Positions 8,710 through 18,745 of a stretch of DNA of 64,000 bases are shown here, one piece after another. The stretch lies in the IMG/VR virus record IMGVR_UViG_3300038466_000014; one strand, written 5' to 3'. Position 1 is the first letter of the stretch, and each line of letters begins with the position of its first letter. The notes beneath the pieces are model-generated. The model was not told the DNA's origin. It did no database searches and saw nothing but the letters and a program-made list of their open reading frames with translations. The position numbers and the translations under genes are program-made. The DNA is from a virus.

Positions 8710-8784
8710 GTTCTCCTCTTCTTAAAAGTTAAGTGTCTAAATTAAAATATGATTCTATTTATTGAATCTTTAAAGGTATTCCTG

Positions 8785-8799
8785 TTTAAAATTTGTCCT
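8785..8799 (-). promoter_or_regulatory. Motif A
   Basis: Exact copy 75 nt upstream of the GT9 gene. Confidence 0.65.
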
Positions 8800-8840
8800 C
8801 AAATTAAACGAAAATTTGATCATAAAACGCGAATAAGTTC

Positions 8841-8855
8841 AGGACAAATTTTAAA
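8841..8855 (+). promoter_or_regulatory. Motif A
   Basis: Exact copy upstream of 8909, divergent from the 8785 copy. Confidence 0.65.
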
Positions 8856-8908
8856 GGATATATAGCCTTTTATTTTGTTAACCTAATTTTCGAGGGAGGT
8901 TTTGTTTT

Positions 8909-9808
8909 ATGAAACTTAATTTGCACGTCTGTCTTCCGGCAAAAGACAGAACGATCTTAACCCGAAAATGTATAGAATCGATTCATCAGAATATGACAAG
9001 ATTTGATAATAAATACATATACTTATTTGACAACAATACGGAATTCTCCAAACCCCGTATAGATATGTTTTATTCATTATTGGAAAACAAACAAATCCAT
9101 TATTATTCAAACGATAATATGGATACAGTCTATAATTGTTTTCCAAAACCTATTTTAGTTAATAGATTTATAAATATGATGGAAGAAAGACATTTTATTC
9201 AAGCATCACAAAAAACACAAAGAGACGTTAAAGATTATTATTTGTTGAGTGATAACGATATGATTTATGGTCCCGGTTTCTGCGATTACTTTTTATCCGC
9301 TATGCGGTTTATAGAGTCTAAAAAGAATAATATTCATTTTCTGGTTAAGCATCCTGGAGGCGTTCCTTCCGCAGCACAAACGATTGCCACGGATTTGAAA
9401 TTAAACAACTTATTTAAACAAAATGAACAATTCAGAATTGTGTGTGCTATACATGGCGGAGGCAGTGGATGTTGGTTTATGAACTATAACATGTTAATAA
9501 ATATAAAATGGAATTTATCGGATATCTTGAAGGTATATGGAAAATTTAAAGGTCATGATACAACATCATGGAATATCATAAAAGAAAAACAACCGAATAT
9601 TCCTTATGTATGCGCAGTGGAAATACCCAACGAAAAAACAAATCCCGCCGTACTTCACTTAGGGCCTAAATATGGATCAATCTGCAATTCACTTGCGGCT
9701 AATAAATATAATGAGGAAAAAGCCCATATCCTTAATTCCGAATCTATACTCGAAAATATGAGTATATCCGACATCTTAAAAACCCACAACGAATTTATAA
9801 AATGGTAA
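8909..9808 (+). CDS. Putative GT-A (GT2-like) glycosyltransferase
   Basis: VCLPAKDR..CIESI, LFDNNT and a DxD motif (SDND). Confidence 0.6.
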   Translation: MKLNLHVCLPAKDRTILTRKCIESIHQNMTRFDNKYIYLFDNNTEFSKPRIDMFYSLLENKQIHYYSNDNMDTVYNCFPKPILVNRFINMMEERHFIQASQKTQRDVKDYYLLSDNDMIYGPGFCDYFLSAMRFIESKKNNIHFLVKHPGGVPSAAQTIATDLKLNNLFKQNEQFRIVCAIHGGGSGCWFMNYNMLINIKWNLSDILKVYGKFKGHDTTSWNIIKEKQPNIPYVCAVEIPNEKTNPAVLHLGPKYGSICNSLAANKYNEEKAHILNSESILENMSISDILKTHNEFIKW

Positions 9809-9821
9809 GGAGTAATTTTCA

Positions 9822-11648
9822 ATGGCTATAAATCTTATAATCGCAATTAATTCCAACAACGTCAATGCCGAGTACGTTTCTAAACTATCATTCATATATT
9901 CAAAATTAAATCCGTGTATTGGAATTATGGGAACAGATAGTGAAAAAATACTCGAATCGATTAATAATAAGCAGATTGTTAAATTCTTATCTCCATCTCC
10001 GTTTAACTATAGCATATGTATAAACAAGATTATGTCCACTATATCGGCAGAAGATACTGTCATTATTTCCGATGGTTATGCGTTGTTCAATCAAAACCCG
10101 ATTATAGAAATGATCGGAACTACTGATTTAGACTCTTCTTTTATAGTGAATAAGATCATTAGAATGGAACCGGATGCCAAACCACTATCTTTCGATTCAA
10201 ACAAGATTATAAGTGCTCTTGGGTTAAAAATTAAACATATTAAAACCCCGTCTCCGGATATACCGCTGGTAATTACAAAAGGTTATCATATCATAAGAAG
10301 TTTAAATGGTTTAGAAGAAACATATCAAACAGAGGCGTCGAGATTGAATATCATTTATAAATTATCCACTTACGGGTTATCCAAGATCGAGTGCGACAAA
10401 CCTGGATTATGTATAAATCAGGCAATATCCAGTCTAAAATACGATGAAACCACAAACGCGGTAAATATGATAAATGATAATTCAAATGGAGAAAAACTGT
10501 TTATACAGAACAATTACAAAAAAGAAATATTTAATGTTTATTTAGAATCACCAGATGTCTCAGACCCGGTAATAGAACCGGTATCGGAAGAACCCTTAGT
10601 CGTGGAAAATATAACTACGGATATTCCAGAAACCACAGAGGTTCAGGACCATGTAGAGAATGTGGAAGTTGTCGTAACTCCATTCGAAGGTATTGTGGTC
10701 GAGCAGATAGTCGCCACAGATGACGTTTTAGAGCGTCCTCTGGTAGTTCCTTCTTCTAATAGAAGCGGGATCCCCAATCTGAGACAACACTTTAAAAGAA
10801 GGATGGACGAGAAATATAGATATTCGTTGAAGAAGATGGGTTCTACTGTGCTCCTGGCAATGGAGTCAAACATTCCAGATATTATTTCCACATCTCCGTT
10901 AATATCATTTTTTAACAAAAACGGATATTATGTCGACGTACTTACTCAACAAAAAATAGGCAATATAAGCGCTCTTATAGATTCCTCGTTGATAAGAAAC
11001 AGATATGACGTATCCGATATGACTAAAAACAACATACCGTTTAAATCATATGTCTATATAATCAAAACTTCTAATTGCAATATCAAGCTTCCTGTCATTT
11101 ATCCAACATTAAATTGTAAATCAGGAACAAGCGCCGGTCCTGTTGAAGAAAACTTTAAAATACTGGATTATATCTATAAAGGAACTATTAGAAGGGAAGA
11201 CTATCCTCCACCATGTATATTTACACCTACGGTTTATCCTTTAAATCCAAAAACCATATTCTTATGCACGAGTCAAAAAACGCAATCCCGGGTAGATATC
11301 AATTTTGACGAAATCGCCAATAATTTGGTTGGTAAATATCCTGACATAGATATTATCCAAATAAATCTAAAAGGTGAAACTCCGTATCCGGATTGCGTTA
11401 ATAAAAAGATAACTGATCACCGTTCTATGTCCGTTAATGAAATAGGAGGGTATCTTAAAAAAGTTGTTTTAACTATTTCATCCTGTAATTCAGATCTTCC
11501 GTGGATATGCTATGGTCTTGGGACCGGTTTATTGTTGTTTGGTCCAAATATAAGTCAGATACCAAATTATCTTAATGTTAAAAAAGTGGCAACTCCATTT
11601 AATACTAATATTTCACTTATAATTGACAAAATATGCCCACTGTCTTAA
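9822..11648 (+). CDS. Putative degenerate two-domain glycosyltransferase-like protein
   Basis: GT-A-like N-terminus (FNYSICIN, ISDG), acidic linker and GT9-like C-terminus (NSDLPWICYGLGTGLLLFGP). Confidence 0.4.
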   Translation: MAINLIIAINSNNVNAEYVSKLSFIYSKLNPCIGIMGTDSEKILESINNKQIVKFLSPSPFNYSICINKIMSTISAEDTVIISDGYALFNQNPIIEMIGTTDLDSSFIVNKIIRMEPDAKPLSFDSNKIISALGLKIKHIKTPSPDIPLVITKGYHIIRSLNGLEETYQTEASRLNIIYKLSTYGLSKIECDKPGLCINQAISSLKYDETTNAVNMINDNSNGEKLFIQNNYKKEIFNVYLESPDVSDPVIEPVSEEPLVVENITTDIPETTEVQDHVENVEVVVTPFEGIVVEQIVATDDVLERPLVVPSSNRSGIPNLRQHFKRRMDEKYRYSLKKMGSTVLLAMESNIPDIISTSPLISFFNKNGYYVDVLTQQKIGNISALIDSSLIRNRYDVSDMTKNNIPFKSYVYIIKTSNCNIKLPVIYPTLNCKSGTSAGPVEENFKILDYIYKGTIRREDYPPPCIFTPTVYPLNPKTIFLCTSQKTQSRVDINFDEIANNLVGKYPDIDIIQINLKGETPYPDCVNKKITDHRSMSVNEIGGYLKKVVLTISSCNSDLPWICYGLGTGLLLFGPNISQIPNYLNVKKVATPFNTNISLIIDKICPLS

Positions 11649-12076
11649 ACATAAAAAATATAAATAATTATATAACCGATCATGGGATGCAGTATATAGA
11701 TAATTTAAAACATATGAACCACTTCGATTATAAACCCGTATTGATTCACCGCATTCTGAATAGGGATGAGGTAAAGTATAGAATAAAAATACAGACCCTT
11801 GATTTCTATGATGAATTATCATATAAATTATCATCTACAAACTTTTTCGTGATCAATTATAATTACGATATACCAACAGACTGTTTATTCGTATTATTAA
11901 ATTATTCACACATTATAATATCCCAGGATATAAATTTGGTTAAATTCGGAATATATCTAAATAAAAAAATAATTTCTTTTGGATGTAATAAATTAAGAAA
12001 ATACTCGGATAGGATAATATACTTGGAAAAATACACCGTATCAAATATTTTAAAAATAATATCAGATGTTGTATAG
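11633..12076 (+). CDS. Hypothetical protein
   Basis: 147 aa; last gene of the cluster before the terminator. Confidence 0.6.
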   Translation: MPTVLNIKNINNYITDHGMQYIDNLKHMNHFDYKPVLIHRILNRDEVKYRIKIQTLDFYDELSYKLSSTNFFVINYNYDIPTDCLFVLLNYSHIIISQDINLVKFGIYLNKKIISFGCNKLRKYSDRIIYLEKYTVSNILKIISDVV

Positions 12077-12081
12077 TTAGT

Positions 12082-12119
12082 CCGGGAGGAGGGAAGGTAT
12101 CCCCTCCTCCCGGTTTTTT
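12082..12119 (+). terminator. Rho-independent terminator
   Basis: CCGGGAGGAGGG/CCCTCCTCCCGG stem followed by a T-run, between convergent genes. Confidence 0.8.
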
Positions 12120-12121
12120 CG

Positions 12122-12238
12122 TTATGACCCCCGGATAACATCTATTATTCCGAAGGCCATAACGACAGCCCCAACCACAAGGCAGATGCCACCAACGGCG
12201 TCCGCCACCATTCTACCATAAAACAGAAATTCTACCAT
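12122..12238 (-). CDS. 38-aa membrane peptide
   Basis: AGGAGG SD, MVEFLFYGRMVADAVGGICLVVGAVVMAFGIIDVIRGS, directly after a motif B copy. Confidence 0.6.
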   Translation of the reverse strand: MVEFLFYGRMVADAVGGICLVVGAVVMAFGIIDVIRGS

Positions 12239-12256
12239 TTCTTCAATCCTCCTATC

Positions 12257-12270
12257 ATTTAATATATATA
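12257..12270 (-). promoter_or_regulatory. Motif B
   Basis: Exact copy. Confidence 0.55.
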
Positions 12271-12279
12271 AGCAATCGT

Positions 12280-12711
12280 CTAAAACGGGATATCATCACC
12301 AGTGTCCGGAAACACAGGTTGCCGGGATGTCTCTGGTGTGTTCTTGTTCTGTACCGGAGGAGATTTCGCCGGTTCCTGTGGAGAGTCACCCGAATTTTTA
12401 GGACCCTCGAACGTTACCGCATAAGCTATAATCTCTGTCCATAGATGTTTGTTCCCCTCTTTATCCTCATATGTCCTCTGGGTAAGTTTTCCGGAAATTC
12501 CTACGAAGGTTCCTTTCTTTAAATGATTTGAACAAAATTCGGCGGTTTTTCCGAAAGTCACAACCGGAAACCAATAGGTCTCCTTGGCTTTTCCGGTAAA
12601 GTCTGCCACCGCTACCTTCATCTTGGTTAGTTGCGTTCCATTATCAATAATCTTTGTTTCCGGATCCGCGCCAAGATAACCTGTAAAAGATACAACGTTC
12701 ACGCTTACCAA
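12280..12711 (-). CDS. ssb: Bacterial-type single-stranded DNA-binding protein
   Basis: GYLGADPE, LKKG..VGISGKL and acidic tail DDIPF. Confidence 0.95.
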   Translation of the reverse strand: MVSVNVVSFTGYLGADPETKIIDNGTQLTKMKVAVADFTGKAKETYWFPVVTFGKTAEFCSNHLKKGTFVGISGKLTQRTYEDKEGNKHLWTEIIAYAVTFEGPKNSGDSPQEPAKSPPVQNKNTPETSRQPVFPDTGDDIPF

Positions 12712-12748
12712 ACCTTTCTTTTGTAGTTACTACCATTGGTTTAAAAAT

Positions 12749-13135
12749 TTAAATCCATTTGTTTTCAATCATTACATTGGTTTTAATTTTCGTTTTTCTA
12801 ACGGAATCTAATAATTCTTTAAGAGATTGATATGGTCCGATTTCAAAGTAATGCGACTCTAATCTATTACAACAAGTAAGATAATGTAATGTCATGTTCT
12901 TTAATGTCGAATAGCTATGATATAATTTCATACCGCATATCGGACATTCTTTGTTTCTCATATGATTCCATTGATAAATTATCTTATTTTTATATGGACT
13001 GTACATATAAAAATGATGTTTAGATTCAAATCTGTCGGTATTTGTACAAGAAATAATATATTTACTATTACCGTCAATAATATTTGAAGTGATTTCCGCA
13101 TCTCCATCACAGACAGGACATCTAACAAGGTTCAT
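12749..13135 (-). CDS. Zinc-finger protein (Lar-like)
   Basis: Two CPxCG-type knuckles. Confidence 0.45.
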   Translation of the reverse strand: MNLVRCPVCDGDAEITSNIIDGNSKYIISCTNTDRFESKHHFYMYSPYKNKIIYQWNHMRNKECPICGMKLYHSYSTLKNMTLHYLTCCNRLESHYFEIGPYQSLKELLDSVRKTKIKTNVMIENKWI

Positions 13136-13137
13136 TC

Positions 13138-13551
13138 TTAGCCAGTAACTGGTTTATACTTTTTCAACATCTCCAAACAATGTAAATAATTATTATCGAT
13201 TTCTTGACATTTCTTTGATAGATCAGTCAGATAATTAATAATCTCTTTGTGTTTAATTCCGGCGTTATAACAAACCTCACTCCCGGTATTTCCATTACAC
13301 ATATATATCTCATCGAACAGATCGTGCATAATATCGGTAAGATTCTTTTTAATCTCTTCCAAATCTTCATATATAGGAATCGCCGCGTAGGATTCCCTCG
13401 CTATATTTATCATGGCTATCTGTTCATCGTCCAGATGGTTGGGAATAGTCTGAAGGATATCCTCCGGGATAAGATGCTGATAAGGACCGCACATACCCCG
13501 ACGAAGAACTTTTTTCAGTTCCACAGGATTCCAGGAAGAAGACGCAGACAT
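13138..13551 (-). CDS. Hypothetical protein
   Basis: 137 aa with AGGAG SD. Confidence 0.65.
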   Translation of the reverse strand: MSASSSWNPVELKKVLRRGMCGPYQHLIPEDILQTIPNHLDDEQIAMINIARESYAAIPIYEDLEEIKKNLTDIMHDLFDEIYMCNGNTGSEVCYNAGIKHKEIINYLTDLSKKCQEIDNNYLHCLEMLKKYKPVTG

Positions 13552-13571
13552 AAAAACTCCTTGATGTTTGC

Positions 13572-13793
13572 TTAGGGGGTTTTACATTTTTCTTTATTAT
13601 AACAAAACACATAATACTTATCTAAACTTTCCATGTATATCATTTTTCCTTTGAATTGTTGTTTCATTTTGTTAAACGCAATAGGAACGCATAAAAAATT
13701 TCCATTTTCATCACATTGGGTATATCCAGATTTGGTTTCTTCACATCTTATATTAAAAACAGATATCCCCGTTTTATAAATATTGAAAACCAT
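13572..13793 (-). CDS. Hypothetical protein
   Basis: 73 aa, co-oriented with neighbours. Confidence 0.5.
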   Translation of the reverse strand: MVFNIYKTGISVFNIRCEETKSGYTQCDENGNFLCVPIAFNKMKQQFKGKMIYMESLDKYYVFCYNKEKCKTP

Positions 13794-13843
13794 TCATATT
13801 CCACAGAATAATAAAAATTTAAATCATATTAAATCTCAATATG

Positions 13844-14251
13844 TTAGCCCATTCGCATCCATAAGAGATCGGGTATGAACTCTTTATTTTTCAGACGTTT
13901 CATTTTAGAAAAGATATGTTTGTTCTTCCTAATCACAGACTTGTAATTTTGTGTCACCCACTCAAACACTTCTCTATTATGTAATCCACTACTAATTTCC
14001 TCCTCGTTGTTTTCACGTAAGAGCGATATCCTTTTCGCTATAAAAATTACAAATCCTTTCTCGTAATTAAATCTTTTGTTTATCGATTCCATTTCTTCAA
14101 ACATCTCATCATATGCTTCGATATTACATGTAATAATCATATGTATAGTATCATCATCAAAAAACAGCACTGGGTTGAAAAGCTGAATAACACTTATAGC
14201 ATAGACTTTAGCCCATTTCACAATTGAATAGCGGGAGGGGTTCAGAATCAT
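13844..14251 (-). CDS. Hypothetical protein
   Basis: 135 aa. Confidence 0.6.
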   Translation of the reverse strand: MILNPSRYSIVKWAKVYAISVIQLFNPVLFFDDDTIHMIITCNIEAYDEMFEEMESINKRFNYEKGFVIFIAKRISLLRENNEEEISSGLHNREVFEWVTQNYKSVIRKNKHIFSKMKRLKNKEFIPDLLWMRMG

Positions 14252-14308
14252 CCGTGTCGACCAAACGGGAAGAAATGCCCCCGCGTATTAACATAATAGT
14301 TTTTTTCG

Positions 14309-14737
14309 TCAGACGCCACGACTGTCCTCCACATCTACGATTTTAACTAAATCCATATTTGTGTTATCTATCAAATAAGGTGTTTCGTCGCATAAATAAT
14401 TCGGAATATCAACTCCATTTTTCTTATCGGTGTTTCGGATAAAATGTCTAAGTAACGATTGAATATCATATGCGCACTGAACATCTTTTGGAGCCTCGTG
14501 AATACCGGTAGATCTCTGAAAAAACCGCATAAGATGATTCATCACTGCGGAAAGATACTCCCTAAACATATATCCGCGTTCCATATCTTTTTCCACATTC
14601 CTTCTGATTATAAGCTCGTTATAAACCTCTGAGAACTGAAAGCAGACAATCCGGGAATAAAAGTCCAGCGCCCGCATTACGGTTTCGGCTTTATCCCGAT
14701 CGAGTGTAAGAACGATTTTTTCGTTGGGTCTTTTCAT
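14309..14737 (-). CDS. Hypothetical protein
   Basis: 142 aa with AAGGA SD. Confidence 0.65.
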   Translation of the reverse strand: MKRPNEKIVLTLDRDKAETVMRALDFYSRIVCFQFSEVYNELIIRRNVEKDMERGYMFREYLSAVMNHLMRFFQRSTGIHEAPKDVQCAYDIQSLLRHFIRNTDKKNGVDIPNYLCDETPYLIDNTNMDLVKIVDVEDSRGV

Positions 14738-14835
14738 ATATATTCCTTTCCGTTACAAATTTAATTTTTTGTCCAGCCATATTTTGGAAAAGGGTAGAAG
14801 AGTATAACTTCTATTACATGTCATTCCGACAATTC

Positions 14836-15036
14836 TTATATATCCGCCTCTTCAAGCGCGCCAACAATACGGGATAATGTTGCGGTTGACGGCGTAAGAT
14901 CTCCAAATTTCAGATATAAAGCATTATAAATTTTACCGGGATCCAATTTTCCATTACCGTTGTAAATAAACCCGGTAAGCGCTGGTTCACCAAACGTTAT
15001 CATCCTGATCGCGTTCTCCGAATCGTCATATTCCAT
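14836..15036 (-). CDS. Hypothetical protein
   Basis: 66 aa with GAGG SD. Confidence 0.55.
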   Translation of the reverse strand: MEYDDSENAIRMITFGEPALTGFIYNGNGKLDPGKIYNALYLKFGDLTPSTATLSRIVGALEEADI

Positions 15037-15064
15037 CTATAACCTCAAGAATATTCTCAAATTA

Positions 15065-15310
15065 TTATCTTACTTTTTTCAAAAATCCCATTAATTTTTC
15101 TGTCTCCCAATACCATCCCATCTTTTCCCATATCCATCCATTGACATCATTATTATAATACACTCCTCTCACAATATCCCCCCAAATGGCCGGATCATAC
15201 GAATTATCTAAAATTATATTAATTCGAGTTCCGTCGGTCGGGGCATCCGACATCGGATAAACATCATGAACCAGATCATACTGCTGTGGTAACGCGTTTT
15301 TTCTGGGCAT
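15065..15310 (-). CDS. Small phage protein (PxxxAPxDGT type)
   Basis: PMSDAPTDGTRI motif and Trp-rich end. Confidence 0.5.
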   Translation of the reverse strand: MPRKNALPQQYDLVHDVYPMSDAPTDGTRINIILDNSYDPAIWGDIVRGVYYNNDVNGWIWEKMGWYWETEKLMGFLKKVR

Positions 15311-15324
15311 AATTCAACCCTCGA

Positions 15325-15768
15325 TTAGTATGGCTTTAATATATCAAATTCATAATTAATCTCTAATAATTTTCTATATACATATCTATTAGGAGCATAT
15401 CTCCTAAAGTAAAGATCGTCGTGCCCGTACAGAATCTTATGGATTGCAGCGGCGATGCCTGGAGATCTTGATACGCCAGCAGTACATTGCGTGAGTAAAG
15501 CATCCACTTCAGAATGTGCATATTTAGCTACAAAATCCAAAATATCTTTGGCTTGTGAGCTACTAAACATCAGTGGATTATTTCCATTATCCACATCAGT
15601 ATCTTCAAAAACCATTGTCATTTTATCGACAGCATTTACCAGCGCCGGAAAATTCTCGTCCGGGGTATTATTTACCGATATGACTATAAATCCAATACTA
15701 TTGTTTGATAATTCAGAACAAACTCCATCTATGTGAGCTTTTGGAAACGGATTTATATACTTAAGCAT
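15325..15768 (-). CDS. Tyrosine/dual-specificity phosphatase-like protein
   Basis: CX5R P-loop QCTAGVSRS. Confidence 0.8.
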   Translation of the reverse strand: MLKYINPFPKAHIDGVCSELSNNSIGFIVISVNNTPDENFPALVNAVDKMTMVFEDTDVDNGNNPLMFSSSQAKDILDFVAKYAHSEVDALLTQCTAGVSRSPGIAAAIHKILYGHDDLYFRRYAPNRYVYRKLLEINYEFDILKPY

Positions 15769-15779
15769 ATTAGAACCTC

Positions 15780-16241
15780 TTAATAATAACTATGACCCTT
15801 CATCATAAAATCTAAATTTCTTTTTATCTCTGGTGGTGTTCTTGGATCTCTCCAAGTATCGTAAATATCCATAATCGCATCTTCCTGTTTTCTATTAAAC
15901 CCTTCTTCTAAATATAACATAAACGGATCCCATCTTGTAAATATATAATATTTTCCAGACCCTTCTTCGTCTATCATTTCATATGATTCCTTGTATATGT
16001 CCATAATAAGATCTGATAATCTTTGATAATAATGATCATATTTCGATTCAAATTTTTCTTTACCTGGAAGATAACTAAATTCCATAAGATGTTTACGCAC
16101 GGCAACTAATTGCTCCGCGATCTGATATAGATTGGCCCCGGACACCTGACGGTTTTTCACACGGGTATCCTCCCAAAATAGACAATGCGTCGCATCCCAC
16201 CTTAACGGAGGACAATACTCTTCCGGCGTTGTGGTTTCCAC
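15780..16241 (-). CDS. Hypothetical protein
   Basis: 153 aa. Confidence 0.6.
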   Translation of the reverse strand: METTTPEEYCPPLRWDATHCLFWEDTRVKNRQVSGANLYQIAEQLVAVRKHLMEFSYLPGKEKFESKYDHYYQRLSDLIMDIYKESYEMIDEEGSGKYYIFTRWDPFMLYLEEGFNRKQEDAIMDIYDTWRDPRTPPEIKRNLDFMMKGHSYY

Positions 16242-16257
16242 GTTATTTCATATGTTA

Positions 16258-16615
16258 TTATGGTAATTCTCTAAATCCGACTATATTCTGATACCGCGAT
16301 GTATAAGGATCTCTATATCCATATACGGTAAATTCATATTTCCGGCCTACTTTAAATTTTGACTGAAAGGCGGATGAATTCCATTTACTAAATGCCATTA
16401 TCCATATTGGCAAACGGGCCTTTGTCTGTAAGTACGATCCAAAAAGAACCCGAATCGGTAACAATTCTATCCAATCCGGTAATCGTCGCATACACTTTTT
16501 CTGTTCTATAGTAATCTTTAGCGTAACTAATAATACCAAAAATCGTACCTACACAAATAAGTATCACAATAACAGTAGTCAAAACATCAGTAAAAGTTAC
16601 ACTATTGCGTTTCAT
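16258..16615 (-). pseudogene. Frameshifted membrane-anchored phage protein
   Basis: The TM half ending VLTDKGPFANMD continues in another frame as FSKWNSS..VGRKYEFTVYGYRDP near 16390. Confidence 0.6.
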
Positions 16616-16689
16616 TTAGACCTCCAAAAAGTAAAATTACAGAGACCCTGTATGACAGTAATATTATGTGCATAGCATATATAAATATT

Positions 16690-16902
16690 TCACACATAGT
16701 GAAGTTTTAAGTTACTAACTTGTTCTTCCAAATCTTCCACCATTTTTACTTTTTCATCGTGTTCTTCAGGGGTTTCGCACGAATCCAAATCTATAACTAC
16801 GGACTCAACCATCGGATCATTTGCAGCTATAAGAGAAATGGTTCCTCTTTCAACCACAATATATACTTTTGTTACTTCTCTGCGGATTCCCATACCGGGC
16901 AC
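16690..16902 (-). CDS. Hypothetical protein
   Basis: 70 aa. Confidence 0.5.
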   Translation of the reverse strand: MPGMGIRREVTKVYIVVERGTISLIAANDPMVESVVIDLDSCETPEEHDEKVKMVEDLEEQVSNLKLHYV

Positions 16903-17072
16903 CTTTCTATTGGTTGTTTTCGTAAATCTCTACGTTCGTATGCTCTATCTCTATCGTAACTAACATGAATAGTTTCTCCATGATCAACCATTATATATAT
17001 CTCATAACTACCATCCGGTTTTTTGTTTATTAATATTCTGTTTAGAACAATCGAACCCGTACATGTGTTATA

Positions 17073-17729
17073 TTATATTATTTTTATAGGAACTGCCGGT
17101 GTATCTTCTTCCTCTTCCTCATCATCACCCCATATTAATTCATCCTGAATAGCATTTAATTCGTCAATGGGTTCGTCGAACGTAGGAGCACAGAGGCCCC
17201 AATTGGAATCCAGAAGGACACCATTCAAAATTAAATCTTTATAAGTATATTCAATAAAAAGACCTTTACCAATTTCAACGTCTAATTCAAAATTACGAAC
17301 TTCATCCTTTTTAATAAACATACTTCTCGTGTATTCCGGATGCTCTTTTAAAAACACGGTTATTCTTTTATCAGTTAATCCCGACAAAACTAAAATATTA
17401 GATAATTCTTTTACGATAAAATCATTGTAGGTTATAATTATAAATCTTTTGTTATCGTTGTTAACAGACTCGCATATATTCCGTACAAATCCCATTATAT
17501 GTTTAGGATGTTTGTATATTTCTGGAAAAATATGCAAAACAGTATTTTTAAGCGCTGATAATTTGAATATTGAAACCATAAATTCAACATCCTCTAATTC
17601 GATATCTTCCGTTGGTGTGATAATCGTTATTTTAGATTCAAATAAGGCTGCGTTTGGACATAGATAAATACTGCCATCGTTAAGACGGGTTATCAATGAA
17701 TACTTATTCATGGTTTTACCTATGTTCAT
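17073..17729 (-). CDS. Degenerate C-terminal half of an AAA_15/AAA_21-type ABC ATPase
   Basis: FPEIYKHPK (cf. EPEAHLHP) and IITYNDFIVKELSN (cf. THSDYI). No Walker A. Confidence 0.5.
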   Translation of the reverse strand: MNIGKTMNKYSLITRLNDGSIYLCPNAALFESKITIITPTEDIELEDVEFMVSIFKLSALKNTVLHIFPEIYKHPKHIMGFVRNICESVNNDNKRFIIITYNDFIVKELSNILVLSGLTDKRITVFLKEHPEYTRSMFIKKDEVRNFELDVEIGKGLFIEYTYKDLILNGVLLDSNWGLCAPTFDEPIDELNAIQDELIWGDDEEEEEDTPAVPIKII

Positions 17730-17936
17730 TTTAAAAGGGTACTCAATCCTACGCGACTAACCATATCCTTAAATATATTATATGTTTCATCCGGAAACGT
17801 TCCAGCACATATCACCTTATTACCATCAGAAATGACCCATGGCCATTGTTTCGCCAATTTTTTTCCTAATCTTTAAATTAGTGTTATTCTTTTTATTGAA
17901 CATTTCCAGAGGGCGTTCGCTTCTTGTATTTTTCAT
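17726..17936 (-). pseudogene. Probable frameshifted small gene
   Basis: AAGGAGG SD, then 36 codons. A second frame (QWPWVISDG...) ends with TGA overlapping the ATG at 17729. Confidence 0.4.
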
Positions 17937-18037
17937 ACTCCCCTCCTTTAACAACAAAACAATGAATGATAAAATTATCAGCCATTATAATATCCATGTA
18001 ATCTTAAGGATATTATAATGGCTGTTCTCATATTGAT

Positions 18038-18051
18038 ATTTAATATATATA
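18038..18051 (-). promoter_or_regulatory. Motif B
   Basis: Exact copy. Confidence 0.55.
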
Positions 18052-18084
18052 ACAAAATTTAATAATTTTTTAATAATCAATTAC

Positions 18085-18532
18085 TTACCGGGCTTTTCGA
18101 TTTTCGATATTGAATGTGGATATAAACAATAAAATCTCCTCGTCCGGCATTACATCATGCGCGTCGATGTAGTGAGCATACCCTTCCGGCCACAACCAGA
18201 AACGCCCGCTATCGTCCAGTAAACTATATTCATCGTTTCCATTCATCTGTCCGCAGATTCTACAATCACTACATCCCATATGAATTAATTATGGCTACTT
18301 CATTTTCTATCCTGTGTAGTTTCGTAAGAAACAAGAATTTGAATTCCCCTCGGTTTATCCCATCTGATTTACATCTAACCCGAAGGGTATCTTTTTCCGG
18401 ATAAGGTAGTTCCTCTGTCGAATTATAACAACTTCTCCAGAAGCCGACTTTCTTTTTATTTGTAAATCCTAATAGATTTACCATTTGTTTTATTTTCATC
18501 GTGATTGCCAAGTATAAGGTGCTTAGTACCAT
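18085..18532 (-). pseudogene. Frameshifted conserved hypothetical gene
   Basis: VGFWRS..LPYP half and MGCSDCRICG..WPEGYAHY half meet at TCATATGGGA; restoring one AT gives SYMGCS. Confidence 0.55.
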
Positions 18533-18743
18533 TAAGTTTCTCTAAAACCCTTCGTACATTCGTTAAGCGGCGTTCAAATGGCATAAAATCACCAAGCATA
18601 AACACTGTATCATCTTTTTTTACTTTACGGTTGTGCTTTTCAATAAGCACGATGTTCATTTGTTTATAATCTTTAAAGGGTCTATTACAATGTCTAATAA
18701 TACTTCCGTGGTCATAGTGCTGATCCGATGTAAAATACAACAT
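18456..18743 (-). pseudogene. Truncated metallophosphoesterase
   Basis: TSDQH, LGDF and LGNHD present; the ORF ends before the C-terminal His motifs. Confidence 0.65.
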
Positions 18744-18745
18744 TA

